A stretch of DNA of 64,000 nt from assembly GCA_030265395.1 (NCBI GenBank), contig JARFYF010000059.1, positions 18,569,073-18,633,072 on the forward strand, read 5' to 3'. Of this stretch, positions 52,308-64,000 are shown piece after piece. The position numbers and the translations under genes are program-made. Each line of letters begins with the position of its first letter. Positions within the stretch are counted from its first letter, which is position 1. This stretch comes from Rhina ancylostomus (lineage: Eukaryota). The notes beneath the pieces were generated by a model that saw nothing but the letters and a program-made list of their open reading frames with translations, was not told the DNA's origin and did not search any database.

Positions 52308-54989
52308 ATCCTTGCTGTACTGAAATCAAATCACCTCAAAGTCTCTCCTACCCAAACTCCTTTTCAGAGTCTTTGGAACCATTGAGATCTTTAGTTCCCT
52401 CAACTATCCATAGATCAGAGAAGTGAAACTTGCCCTCACCCATCACCCTTCAGCTTCTCAATACTAAAATAGGTTTACAAGCAACACAGGTTACTGACTT
52501 GCCTTGCAAGATAGTGCAGGTATCCACAACAGTTTTCAGAAAAGTATAACTTAGAACCAGAACAGGACAAAGTTTCTGCTGTTGAACATCTGTCAATATT
52601 AGGGGAAGGGTCAAGGAGATAAATAATGCCAAGCAAAAAAAGGACCTAACAGCAGTCTGTGAGGGTAATCCTAGCATATATATTTACCCATGCAGGATGA
52701 ATGTGACAATTCTTGCCATCCAGCATTACCTGCATTGGCAACTTATCCCCATCTTACCATCATCCTGCCTAAAGCTGATGTTGCAAAATGCACAATAGAA
52801 ATCCAGGTTGTTGCAAATGGGGCAAACATAAGCACAAGTTCCTCATTCCCTTAGGTTGGATACAAGAGGTTCTCAGAGACCCAGCTGTTTCAGGGAGTGA
52901 CTTTTGCTATGCTGACAACGATTGTCTCAGTCCGTGTTGAGCAGGCTGAACTCAGTGCAAGAGGCAAGGCTGTAGCCCTATTGCCAGGGAGGAGTAAACC
53001 AGACAAGGCTCCCCTACACAGAAACCCCTTCTGGAAAGGGTGCGCATATATTCTCAAGGCCAAATCAGGCTCAATTAATCCCTCCTACTCCCATGATGGG
53101 AGAGCCTGTTGACACTCATTGTCCAGGCTCATCTCAGAAAGGTGTAAGAGACTAAAGAATAACTGAAATCATATCCCAGTTGCACAGATACAAACACTAA
53201 AATCAACAGAAATAGACACACACAGAAACTCTTAAATTTCATATGAGAGACCAGTTTTCCAAAAAAAGATTTCAATCTATGGCACAAAAGTAAATGACAA
53301 ATCACATATTTGAATAGCACTGTCAAATATGTTACACGTTAGGACAAGAGTGATACTGTGTTATGTGCAAAGTATGTTTTGCCTCACACTCATTTTCTCC
53401 CCAAAGGACTTCAATACTTGAACTGCTCTCCAAATGGCTCTTCTAAACAACTGGATCTGAACAAGAAGATTTTAATTTCAAAGTTTTTGCCTTCAGTTGC
53501 CACAACCTTCTTTGCAATTTCCCCATTTGCCTAAACCCACTTCACATTGACTGAACTTTTTTTTTAAATCAAATTTTGTTTAATAACTATCTGTGATCTG
53601 CTCTGGGATATTTAGTTATGTTAAAGGTGTCACATAAATGCAGGTTGTTGTTGGAAGCTATTTGACCACATCTGGCATTACACCCATACCTCAATCCTAT
53701 TCTCAGCCAATGCCCAGTAGCGCAGAGCATCTTTGGAATCACTCAACTTTTTTGCCCTTCCAAGCAAAAGTACAGCTGATCATTGGCCCTACTCTTAGAA
53801 TGACTGCCCCAACTGAGAAACCCGAATGCAGCACAGACTGCTGAACTGGAAATCTTTAGCTCATTTTAAAAATTCATTTTGGGGACATAGATGTTGCAGG
53901 CAAGGCCACTTGTAGTCTGTTTGTGGTTGCCCAAGGAAGTGGTAATGAGGTTTCTTGAACTCCTGGTGACGTCTCCGCTCCAAATCTCGAATGTCCTGCC
54001 ATCAATGAAATTAACAGCTTGCACATTTCATTAAACCATCACTGGTGAAAGCCACTAACCCAAGGAAAAATAGTCAAACTTAATTAACTGACTGAAATCA
54101 GACAGAACCCAGAGTTCAGTGTAGGTCCATCATTATACAAGGAAAGCAGCATTATTTCCATAGATTTGCACAAAAACACCATCTGTACAGTTCCACCTCT
54201 GGAAAGGGAGAAATATGAGGACTAGAATCAGAATTACAAATATACTCATTGAGTTTCCATGCCTCATCCTCAACAAGAATAGGTTTCCTTGCTTGGAGTT
54301 TGTGCAATTCTTCCAAATGATCGATGGGTAGCCTCAAATGATTAATATTATGATTCAATGCACCCATGATTAATATTTATGATTCAATTTCAAAAGGTTC
54401 CTTTGTTTATAATTTGTATATTATTGTTTGTATCCCTTTAAAATGGAGGCACTTAACGTGTCACCAATGGGAAGAGAACATCTGGAAATTTTAGCCTTCA
54501 GATAAATAATTAATAATACAAAGAGACAAGAAAAAGAAGTCTGTTCGGAAAAATACAATGCATTACTCTGCTGCCTAAATGTAAGTGTGCAGTGCTTTAA
54601 GAATACAAAGTTTAACAAGTTAAATAAAGATTGATTGAGTTTATGAACATGTTAAATAAAAGTACAAATATCTCTGCTCCAATTACTATTGTTGGGAGGA
54701 TGTCTCAGTACATTCCTAATGAGTATATTTTTTGTTTTAAATATTGAATGTGACTGAAATTTGCATTAGACATAAAATGGCAACAATAAGTACATGCAAT
54801 AATACTGCACAGAAAGTTTGCCTACTTAAGTTTTAAGGCTAAAGTACTGCTCATCTTCATAATGAATCCCCCATCCCATTAATAAACCCATCAAAAGGGC
54901 AAATTACAGAAAGTTACTGACTAAATATTTAAAGCTGAATGGAGAAGTACAATCACCTGGATGAAAAATGGTGAGCCCAGTAGGCTGAA

Positions 54990-56285
54990 CAAGTGAGTAA
55001 TGCAAGGAGTACCATCAGTGAAGTTGATGAACTCAAAGCTTTGATTAACACACAGGTCAACCATTTTGTTGTGATCGCTGAGACATGGTTGAAGGATGGG
55101 CAGGATTAGCAACTCAGTTTTCCCAGAGTAAAGAATTTTCAGGCAAGAGGGGGGGAGTAAAAGGGGATAAGGTATTGCACTATTTGTCAAAGATTGCATT
55201 ACTTCAGTATTGAGGGACAGTGTTCCAGAAGGTTCTTCAAATGAGACCATAATAAGATTAGAAACAAAATGGGTGTTGTCACTTTGCTGGGGGTATATTA
55301 AAGAGCTCCCAACAGTCACCAAAAGGTAGAGGAACAAATATGTAGGTGGGTATCAGATATAAAAATAGGCTTATCGTACTGGGGGATGCCAGTTTTCCAA
55401 ACACTAACCGGGCCTGCCTTTGTGTTAAAGGTTCAGAAGGGGCGAGATCTTTGAGCTGTGTCCAGAAGAGCTTTTTGACGCAATATGTAGATAGACCAAC
55501 AAGGGAGAAAGCATTGCTGGGACCTTATCTTGAGGAATGTAACTGGTCAAGTGGAGGGAGGGTCAGTAGGGGAACATAACTCTATATATTTTAAGCAACA
55601 CACAAAGGAGTTGGAGGAACTCCGATATATGTTTAAAATGCTCTTGGAAAAGGATATGGTTGAACCAGAATTAAGATGTTAAGGTTGGGAGAAGGCCAAT
55701 TTCATTAACATAAAGTAGGAAATGACAAAAGGTTCATTGGGAGCAGCTACTTACAGGCAAGTCTACATCTGCAGTGGGAGCATTCCAAGGGGAAAGAGCA
55801 AGAGTTCAAGGCAAACATGTTCCTGTAAGGGTCATGAGAAATCACTGGATTGAAGCAAATCTGAAGGTGTTCTATAAGTACATTAAAGGCAAAAGAATAA
55901 CCAGAAAAAAGGGTTCATTAAGGACAAAGGGGGCATGAAGGTGTAGGCAAGGTCCTAGATGAATACTTTTTAAAAATCAGTATCCACATAGGAAACAGAC
56001 TTTGTAGTTGGAGAATTCATTGAAGGGGTAGGCAAAAGTCTGGTGCAGATCTCCATAAATTAAGAGAAGATACTCAATGCCTTGGTGGGCTTAAAGGTGG
56101 ATAAGTCCCCAGGACTGGATGGGATTTATCCCAGGTTGCTATGGGAGGCAAGGGAAGAAATTGCTGGGGGTCTGGCTGAGATCTTTAAAATCTTCACTGG
56201 AAGCAAGTGAGGTACCAGCTAATGCGGTCCCCTTTTTCAAGAAAGGCAGCAGAGAAACTATAGTTTCTGAGTAACTATAGACCTG
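54990..56285 (+). mobile_element. CR1-group LINE ORF2 remnant (endonuclease to RT linker)
   Basis: Fragments IAETWLK, IVLGDASFPN, LTQYVDRPTREKALL and DKSPGLDGIYPRLL...ANAVPFFKKG, with many frameshifts. Confidence 0.75.
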
Positions 56286-56629
56286 TGATCCTAACATCAA
56301 TTTCATATTATACTGCATTTGCAAAATCTTCTCCAACTTTCTTAACCTCTCTCTACCCCGTTGTAACCTCTGTGTCTTCTTGACAACCTACTTGCTGACC
56401 TATAAGCAAATTTAACATTTAAACCTTTGATACCTTCATCCAAGACATTCATAGAAATTGGAAAAATCCATGCCCCAGCACCAATCCCTTGATACAACTT
56501 ACCAACCAGAAAAGGATCTATTGATGCCTACTGGTTCTTGTTAATCAGCCAATATGTAACCTCATATACCATGAGCTTTTATGTTCAGCAATAACCTTTG
56601 ATGAAGTGCCTTATCAGGGAGTGATAGAT

Positions 56630-56960
56630 CAGAAACAGATCCTTTGGCCTACTGAGTCTGTGGCAACCATCAAGCACCCATCTATGCTAATCCCAGATTA
56701 TTCTGAATTTTCCCCAGATTTCCATCAACTCTCCCACACATTCTACCACTTATAATTTAGGAGCAATTTTTAGTGGTCAATTAACCTACCGACCCACACA
56801 TCTTTGGAACATGGGCAGAATCAGGAGCACCCAGAAGAAGCCTATGCAGTCACAGCAAGAACATGCAAACTCCACACCGACAGAAATCAGGATTGAACCC
56901 CGGTTGTGGAACTGTGAGGCAGCAGCTCTCCTAGTTACACCACAGTGCCTTGATAGTGCC
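56630..56960 (-). mobile_element. V-SINE/HE1-type tRNA-derived SINE inserted among CR1 fragments
   Basis: Minus strand shows an A-box-like TGGTGTAACTAGG, a B-box GGTTCAATCC and the V-domain core. Confidence 0.7.
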
Positions 56961-57139
56961 CACATGATTTCCCTTTCACAGAAATATTTTGACTTTGCCT
57001 CATTACCTTGAATTTTTCTCACTGCCCTGCTTTGTCTTCAACAATAGCTTCTAATATTTTCCCCATGACACATGTTAAGCTAACTAGCTGTAGCTTCCTG
57101 CCTTTCATCTCCCTCACCCTTTGTGTAAAGGTATTACAT

Positions 57140-58070
57140 ATTGGAGATCCCCAGGGGTCAGTATGAGGATCACTTTCTAAAAAAAACATAATTAGGTGAT
57201 TTGATTGTACATAACACCACTTCCAAATGTGCAGATGATATAAATTTTGGAAACATTGCAAGGATGGCAAAAGGCTCCAAGGAAGCAGACTGGTAGAATA
57301 AATGGATAGGTTACAGGTTAAATGTAATGCTAACAAATTGAGGTGCTACAAGTCAGTAGGAAGAATGAGAAGAGGCAATATAAACTAGACGGCATAGTTC
57401 TAAAAGTGGTGCTGTACGAGAACCCAGATCTGGGGGATAGATGTACATAAGTTTGTTGAAAGTGGCACAGCAGATTAAGAAAGTGGTTAAAAAAAGTACC
57501 CTGGGTTTTATAAATAGAGGCAAAGAGTACAATAGCAAGGAAATCCTGTTACATCTTTATCACAGAAGAATCTGGTGATCAGTATCTTCTTCACCAAACT
57601 TCAAGATGAGAATGCTTTGGAGAGGGTGCAGAAGAGATCTGCTGGGGATGAGGAACCTTAGGTATGTAACAAGAACCGAAGATGGATTGACTTTTTGGAA
57701 CACTGGAGTCCGAAAGGAGATCTGATAGGAGGTAGTTAAAAATCGTGAAGTATACGGGCAGCAGAGAGAAATAAATTGTTCCCATTGTGGGAGGGCTCCA
57801 GGCGAGGCGGGGGGAGCGTACAGAAGGAAGACGATTGTGACAAACGAACCAATTTAGTCGGTGGCTAGAACCTGNNNNNNNNNNNNNNNNNNNNNNNNNN
57901 NNNNNNNNNNNNNNNNNNNNNNNNNNNNNNNNNNNNNNNNNNNNNNNNNNNNNNNNNNNNNNNNNNNNNNNNNNNNNNNNNNNNNNNNCGTAGAGAGCAG
58001 GGTGCGAGACTAGCTAGACCGTTCCTTTACGGCCTCAACGGGCCGATGGCCTCCATCCAGGCAGAAATTA
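57140..58070 (+). mobile_element. CR1-group LINE RT and 3' fragment, decayed
   Basis: PQGSV motif (CCCCAGGGGTCAGTA), TCCAAATGTGCAGATGAT (SKxADD) and TGCTTTGGAGAGGGTGCAGAAGAGAT. Confidence 0.6.
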
Positions 58071-58379
58071 TCCTGTGGCTGGTTTAAACTGAAAGCATTC
58101 GACACCCGAAACCATCCACGCAAAGATCCGACACTCATCCCTTTCCTTGCTCAAAATCATTTGGTTCCCATCCCCCATGAAATCTCAGGCCTGTAAGTCA
58201 TTCTCTGGTATTCTATATATAAACCCCAACACCTCGATTAATAGACAAAATAATGATGAAAAAAAATCAATACTGCATTGGTTTGGAAGGCATTTTTCGA
58301 ATTAAAAGCTAATAATCAAACCTCACGAAAATACAACATTTAGCTACTTTTATGAAGATTTGGTTAAATGTAAGCCAAA

Positions 58380-60760
58380 AATAGCCCACGCGTACGAACA
58401 AGGGAGAGTGAATGAGAGAGACTTGCAGTCTCAGAAGGGCACACGTCACCAGAAACACCCTGTCGCTATCTCTCCAACACGTGGAAATCGCAGATCCACA
58501 ATAAGATACTAGAACCACAGCGATAACATCAACCTCGTTACGAGTAATGATTAGCAATGCAAAACTTAAAAAAAGAACGACTCCATACCCTTTAGAAAAA
58601 TAAACAAACGACTTAAAACGATTCCTGTGTATTGAACGGCAGGAAAAATGTAACCGTAAGATATAAAATTTCCCGGTTAAACCATGGACTACCTGGAGGT
58701 GCCGGCTATAATGCTGGAGGGCGGACATGGGAGACTGAAGAGACGATGAAACTGACACGGGTCTGTTTCCTGGCGCGTCTGGGATTTCTCTGCTCTGCCC
58801 CTTCCCCGCCCCTGCAACAAGAGCAGGGAGGGAGTCCCAAGAAACGACGTAGAAAACGAAGGGTAAAATCAGCTGCACTTACCGGAAATCTTAACCCAAC
58901 CGCCGGCCGATTGACTAATCTCGTCAATCCCCTTCCAGTACTTTAGAAGTAAATTTGGAGATAAGGGTAAAAAAAACTTATTGCAAATTCCAGTTTGCAA
59001 CTATTTCTGGGGGTTGGTCTGGACACGAACATAAACTGAGGGAGGGAGAGGGTATTGGCGAAGGAAAGACTCCGTGTTTCTCTGGAACTGTTAGTTCGAC
59101 AGTAACAGAATAATATTTACACAAGTCTAGGTAGAAAATAATTAATATATGTGTATGAATGCGATTGTTTTAGTTACTGTTTTAAGAAAATTAATGGATG
59201 CTTCCCGCACCCCTCCCCCTCGGGCTGGGAATCGAATGGCAGGAGCTTCATTTGCATGAAGATTAAGGGTTGACATCAGGATTTTGTTACATTGTATCAT
59301 TCGGACAGGAGAAAGGTATCCATTTATTTTTAATTATAATTTTCTTCGTCCAAAACCGATTAAATTTTGCAAGGATACCGTTATAGCCGCGAATGTGGGA
59401 AATCTTTATTCACAAATGACAAGCCGCACCGCCAGGGAATCTTTCCAAGGTGGGCTCCAGATCCTGGTTTTCCCCCCCCCCCCCTTTTNNNNNNNNNNNN
59501 NNNNNNNNNNNNNNNNNNNNNNNNNNNNNNNNNNNNNNNNNNNNNNNNNNNNNNNNNNNNNNNNNNNNNNNNNNNNNNNNNNNNNNNNTTAAATGCTGTT
59601 TAAAGGATTCAAAACTTTCTTTCTCCCTTGTATAGAAGCTTTATTTTGGGGAATCGCTGGGAAAAATCAGACTACGGTCGTATATATTATCTGGGGGATT
59701 TTATCTTTAATTAATTGGAGGCGCGATCAGCGTTTATCTCGTATACGTTTATTGGAGAGAGAGAGAAATGGGAATATCGACTCGTAGCGAGTCTTTTTTT
59801 AAAAATTTTAGTCGCGTGCAAACACTTTCCTGTGTTTAAATCGGGAGGTTTCTGGTGTTAGATCCTGCCCAGCACTCCACGCCAATCTGGGCTCGTTGCT
59901 TTGACTGCAAACGATCAGGGTTTCGAAAAGCTCCCAACGCGATTAAATTCCCGTTTAAGATTAGATTTAACACATGTGGGAATAAAACGGAAGGAAAAGG
60001 TTGGGGAAATTTGGGTAACTTTTAAGTTTGACCTGCCCCCCTCCTCCTCCTCCATGGCGATTCCCCCCAAAACCCTGAACTCCTTCGATTCTTGGCAGGA
60101 TGATCTGCTTCTCTCGCACAAATCTCTTCACTGGAGGGGAAATCCATAATTGTATATCTTTTTAATTATAGAGATGGATTCTGAATCGCCTTCAACTTTC
60201 GACTCGGAGGTAAGATTATCATCTGATTTAAACAGCACTAAGGTTGGGGGTGGGGCGGTAGAAGATTCCGGGATCTCCCTGTGTTTGGGATTGATTTTTA
60301 TATCTATATAAATATATTTATATCAAGAAATTCCACTTTGAAAATTAATTTTCTTGTCGATTTTCGTCGACAGCCGGATCAATTTCAAACCCAAAGGTTT
60401 CGGAGTGTAGTACAGCGCCTTGCGCCATCTTGTTGATTTGCATATATATTTAAACCCCTTATTAATCGGAGCAGATATGTTGGCAATAACGTGTCGCCCA
60501 CCGCCTTCTATTCCCGCCCGTCTGAAGTTGGGGATTTGTTGAGGGAGAGGGAATGTTTTCCTTTTAAATCAGTTTTTAATGCCCTCCCTTCAAATGTCTG
60601 CTGCCTGCCTGCTGCTCGGAGATCGCCAATCCCTGTGTGTTTTTTAAAAATAATGAATATTCGCCATCTTGCCTCTGACCCTTCCCTTTTCCTGTCTTTC
60701 CCTCCTTTTTGAAAATAATAATCTTATTTTCCTAGTTAATGGTCCGCGCATACACCGACC
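58380..60760. promoter_or_regulatory. PHF13: Broad CpG-retaining promoter region of PHF13
   Basis: CpG density is far above the flanks. GC box CCCCGCCCC (about 58804), octamer ATTTGCAT (about 59250), YY1 motifs CGCCATCTT (60423 and 60662). Partly hidden by N gaps. Confidence 0.65.
60174..60209 (+). CDS. PHF13: PHF13 coding exon 1 (MDSESPSTFDSE)
   Basis: GAGATGG Kozak context. MDS start as in PHF13. Donor GAG|GTAAGA, phase 0, joins exon 2 in frame. Confidence 0.85.
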
Positions 60761-61569
60761 TCCNNNNNNNNNNNNNNNNNNNNNNNNNNNNNNNNNNNNN
60801 NNNNNNNNNNNNNNNNNNNNNNNNNNNNNNNNNNNNNNNNNNNNNNNNNNNNNNNNNNNNNNNNNNNNNNNNNNNNNNNNNNNNNNNNNNNNNNNNNNNN
60901 NNNNNNNNNNNNNNNNNNNNNNNNNNNNNNNNNTAATAAATTGTCTTAAAATATACAAGAATGAATCGGCCCCTTTGTTTGTACAGTCACTCGGAGCTGT
61001 TGGATAAGGGAAGATGGACCCCCTTGGATTAGTTAATTCCCACTGTGTAAAATGTGTACGTACGTCTACAACCGAGTCTTAACAGTAAACAGGTCAGCCC
61101 CGGGGAAGTGTTAAAAGTGAGATTTGATGGAAGGGGATGTCTGCTAGGGGAGCTCTGTTTTAAATCTGGGAGCTCGGTTTAGACCCGAGAAGTTTCGATG
61201 TTGGTGGCATTTTACAATTGGGGGAAAATCAGCGTGTTGCCCGTGTAGAAGTCGGCACTTCTGCACTAGTCTAAATAACGCACGAGAGGATAAAACACGA
61301 TGTTGTGAAGGTATAGGGTGCCGTCATTCTGGACACTGGCCTAAGGTTTAATCGAGCTCTCAGTCCCTGAAGTCGCCCAGTGTGCTTCTCCACATTTCAC
61401 CGAGAAAATCGGAGTTCAGGCGCGTTGCTGTTATTCCTCACTTAATTAGGAATCGCATAGTGAAGCAGCTTTCCAATACANNNNNNNNNNNNNNNNNNNN
61501 NNNNNNNAATCACTTTACAAAAACCTAATCATATTCTTTGTGATTAAACTCATTGAGCTAGAAATATTA

Positions 61570-61745
61570 AGCAAGACAGGAGATGCTGGAGGAGTCCAGT
61601 GTGTGAGGCAGTATCTATGGGAAGAAGATGAACAGTTGTCCAGATTTCTGCAAAACAAAATACTGGAGGAACTCAGCAGGTCAGGCAGCACTGTGGAGGG
61701 AAATGGACAGTTGACGTTTCGGGTCGAGACCCTTCTTGGGTCGAA
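61570..61745 (-). mobile_element. Penelope-type terminal repeat with the best-preserved hammerhead-like motif
   Basis: Plus strand CTGGAGGAACTCAGCAGGTCAGGCAGCACTGTGGAGGGAAATGGACAGTTGACGTTTCGGGTCGAGACCCTTCTT. Confidence 0.65.
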
Positions 61746-62144
61746 CAGAAGTCCTGCAGGCACCAGCACCGAATCCAATTCACATTTAACTGAAATTGGT
61801 TTGAAAACTTCATCCACTGTGACACAGTAATTAAATCCTGTGGCTGACCCAAAGCAAGAACCTGCCTCCTCCCCACCTTGCATTCCACAGCCACTTCATC
61901 CTTATAAAATAATATCTTTTAAACTAGATAATGGCAGAAACTGTAGCTCATTGATTAGAAATGGCGATTGTTTTGATGCTGAATGTTTGGAATATTAATG
62001 AGGTAGGGAAAAATGCAGTCAACAAGAATCCCAAGTATGTGTTAAGCCTCGTGACTACCAATACACACCCAGAGTGCCACCAGTTTAGTGTTGCAGAAAT
62101 TCATTGCTAACCTTCCCCTGTCTCCCTTTCTACATTTTCCCCAG

Positions 62145-62246
62145 GATTACTCCCCAGCTGATAAGAGGAGCAGAACAGTGGAAGATTTCAACAAATTCTG
62201 CACTTTTGTTTTGGTTTACGCTGGGTACATCCCTTGCCCTCAGGAA
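62145..62246 (+). CDS. PHF13: PHF13 coding exon 2 ([34 protein letters not shown])
   Basis: Acceptor TTTTCCCCAG, donor GAA|GTGAGT. Contains the PHF13/PHF23 N-terminal motif [21 protein letters not shown]. Confidence 0.95.
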
Positions 62247-62379
62247 GTGAGTCTAACTATTCTTACTATTTCTGTACAGCTTGATATGACCACATCTCTG
62301 GTACTGTGTACAAGTTTTAGTAATGTTACCAATAAAAAGGAAATATTTGCTGTAGAGATTTCTCAAGCTGGTTCCTGGG

Positions 62380-62740
62380 ATGGTGGGTCACATCAGAGAA
62401 GTGGAGTTGTCCAGCTCTCTGGGGGTTAGAAGAACGAGAAGTGATTTATTGAAATAAAATTCTTACAGGGCTCAAGAGAGTAGATAAGTGGAGGATATAT
62501 CCCATGGCCAGGGAAACTGGAACTAGAGGTCACAGTCTCAAAATTAGGAGTAAGCCATAAAGGTCTAAAAAGAGGTAAAATTTATTCAATCGAAGACAGT
62601 GGTGAATCTTGGGGATCGTGTACCCTGGAGAGCTGTGAAGACTCAAACATTTGATTCCATACAGAAATCAATTTGTAGATTTCTGACTATGAGAAGAACT
62701 GAGGAAGACAGGGATGAGGAAGGAAAATAGTGTTGAGGTG
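62380..62740 (+). mobile_element. CR1-group LINE 3' fragment in PHF13 intron 2
   Basis: GAGAAGTGATTTATTGAAA...AACTAGAGGTCACAGTCTCAAAAT...GTGGTGAATCTT. Confidence 0.6.
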
Positions 62741-63376
62741 AATAAGCTTTGCCCTCCCTCCTTTCTCCCCCCCCCCCCCCACCTTCAATCCTTCTGCCTG
62801 TTCTCCCCCTCTACCAACCAACTACTCATGGTCCCTATCCCCTGTCTCTACTCCTCATCCCCTCCCTCCTCTTCCCCTCTATCTCCTGTTCCCCCTCACC
62901 TGACCCTCCCTCTGTCTCAGCCAGCTCATTTCACTTCCTGCCTGTCTCCACTCACTGGCTCCCTCTTTCATTCTCCACCCCTCTGACCCCTCTTGTCACA
63001 CTTTATCTTCTCCTTCTCCACCCTTTCTCCCACCCCCACTGGTCAAGAGGAATTTTTAATTAGAATCTACAAAATCATGCAAGAGACAAGGGTGTACTGG
63101 AAGAATTCATTTCCTTTGATAGAGGGTTCACTAACTCGGGGTCATAGATTCAAAGATAATTGTGTAAGGGTTAGAGAGGATTGATGCACACCCCTGGTAG
63201 CCCTCTCCCCTTCCTCATTCAGCTCAAGCTTCCAGCCCAGATTATGTGCTCAAGTTTCTTTGAGTGTGACTTCTGAGTCTGACGTGACAGCTGAGGTGAG
63301 AGTTCTTCCCACTGAGCCATGCAGACTCCTCGTGATTCTCTGACCTGATGAGATGTGTTGCCTTTTGCTTTTCCAG

Positions 63377-63977
63377 GATTTGCCTCTACGGACCAGCTCC
63401 AGTCCTCCCAACAGCACAGGCAGCACAGCAGATAGTGAGCCCTGGGATCTTCGCTACAATGACCTTCCATTGTCCAATCCTTCCAAGGCTAAACGCAGGA
63501 AAACTCTAACAGGCTTCAAACGAGCCAAACCATACTCATTTCTGAAGCATCACAAATCCGGTGGCTTCCTGCTGCCCGCCTTCAATCGTAGGAAGTCTGA
63601 CAAGATGAAGAGGAAGCACAAGGTGAGGACAAAAGAGGAGGGCCCGAGGATAGAAGAACCCTGCATCGAGGAACCTGTCAAGCAGGAATCTCCTGATCTG
63701 GATCCAGTGACCAAACCAGGATTCACTGACCATGATGCAGTGGACACAACACCAGTTCCTATGAACACAGTACCTCTTGCCCCTGAGCCCCTCACGGACT
63801 TCCCAAGTGAAGGCCAGGACGGTTCTTTTGTGCCAGTCACTGCAACAGAAACAATAAATGAGACGATAAAAAGTGAAAAAGTGGAACGACACAGAACTGT
63901 TTTCCGTCAGGGAAAGCAGGTTGTGTTCAGGGATGTGGATACAACAGGCAATGATGAGGACATCATGGTGGATTCTG
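63377..63977 (+). CDS. PHF13: PHF13 coding exon 3; the gene continues beyond the window (PHD exon not present)
   Basis: Acceptor TTTTCCAG. DLPLRTSSSPPNSTGS...KRAKP...RQGKQVVFRDVDTTGNDEDIMVDS matches PHF13. Donor G|GTGAGT, 601 nt. Confidence 0.95.
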
Positions 63978-64000
63978 GTGAGTGAACTTTAGAAATGCCA

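Noticed and set aside
56880-56950. tRNA-like A and B boxes suggesting a tRNA gene
   Set aside because: They form the head of a SINE followed by the V-domain. No cloverleaf can be formed.
58309-58878. 189-aa hydrophobic minus-strand ORF
   Set aside because: It starts at GTG within the putative splice donor, its composition reflects a T-rich strand, and no domain is recognisable.
58632-58946. ORF containing an NLS-like PKKRRRKRR (ATG at 58746, 66 aa)
   Set aside because: It lies in promoter DNA with no supporting splice context or known homology. The basic run follows from a purine-rich, CpG-containing patch. It could be revisited with ribosome profiling.
59245-59260. Octamer ATTTGCAT suggesting a nearby snRNA gene
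   Set aside because: No recognisable snRNA body or proximal sequence element nearby, although N gaps hide some sequence.

Overview
Vertebrate genomic DNA, most likely a cartilaginous fish (inferred from V-SINE/HE1-type, Deu-domain SINE, Penelope and CR1 repeats). It holds the conserved block ZBTB48 (+) / KLHL21 (-) / PHF13 (+), the same order and orientation as human 1p36.31. I reconstructed the exons by hand. ZBTB48 (TZAP) has 9 coding exons giving 711 aa (BTB plus 11 C2H2 fingers) and a non-coding first exon in a CpG island. KLHL21 has 4 coding exons giving 605 aa (BTB-BACK-Kelch), and its first coding intron is GC-AG. PHF13 has its first 3 coding exons here; the PHD-finger exon lies beyond the window. 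Introns and intergenic DNA are dense in decayed repeats (CR1, Rex1/Babar, RTE, Penelope, SINEs, a Tigger-like MITE). The most notable non-coding signals are four CTCF-like sites sharing an upstream module at identical spacing, decayed minimal hammerhead-ribozyme motifs in Penelope termini, and candidate divergent spliced transcripts at both CpG-rich promoters. I found no convincing new protein-coding system. Repeat family names come from motif recognition, not database searches, and repeat boundaries are approximate. Several N-runs hide sequence, including part of the PHF13 promoter.
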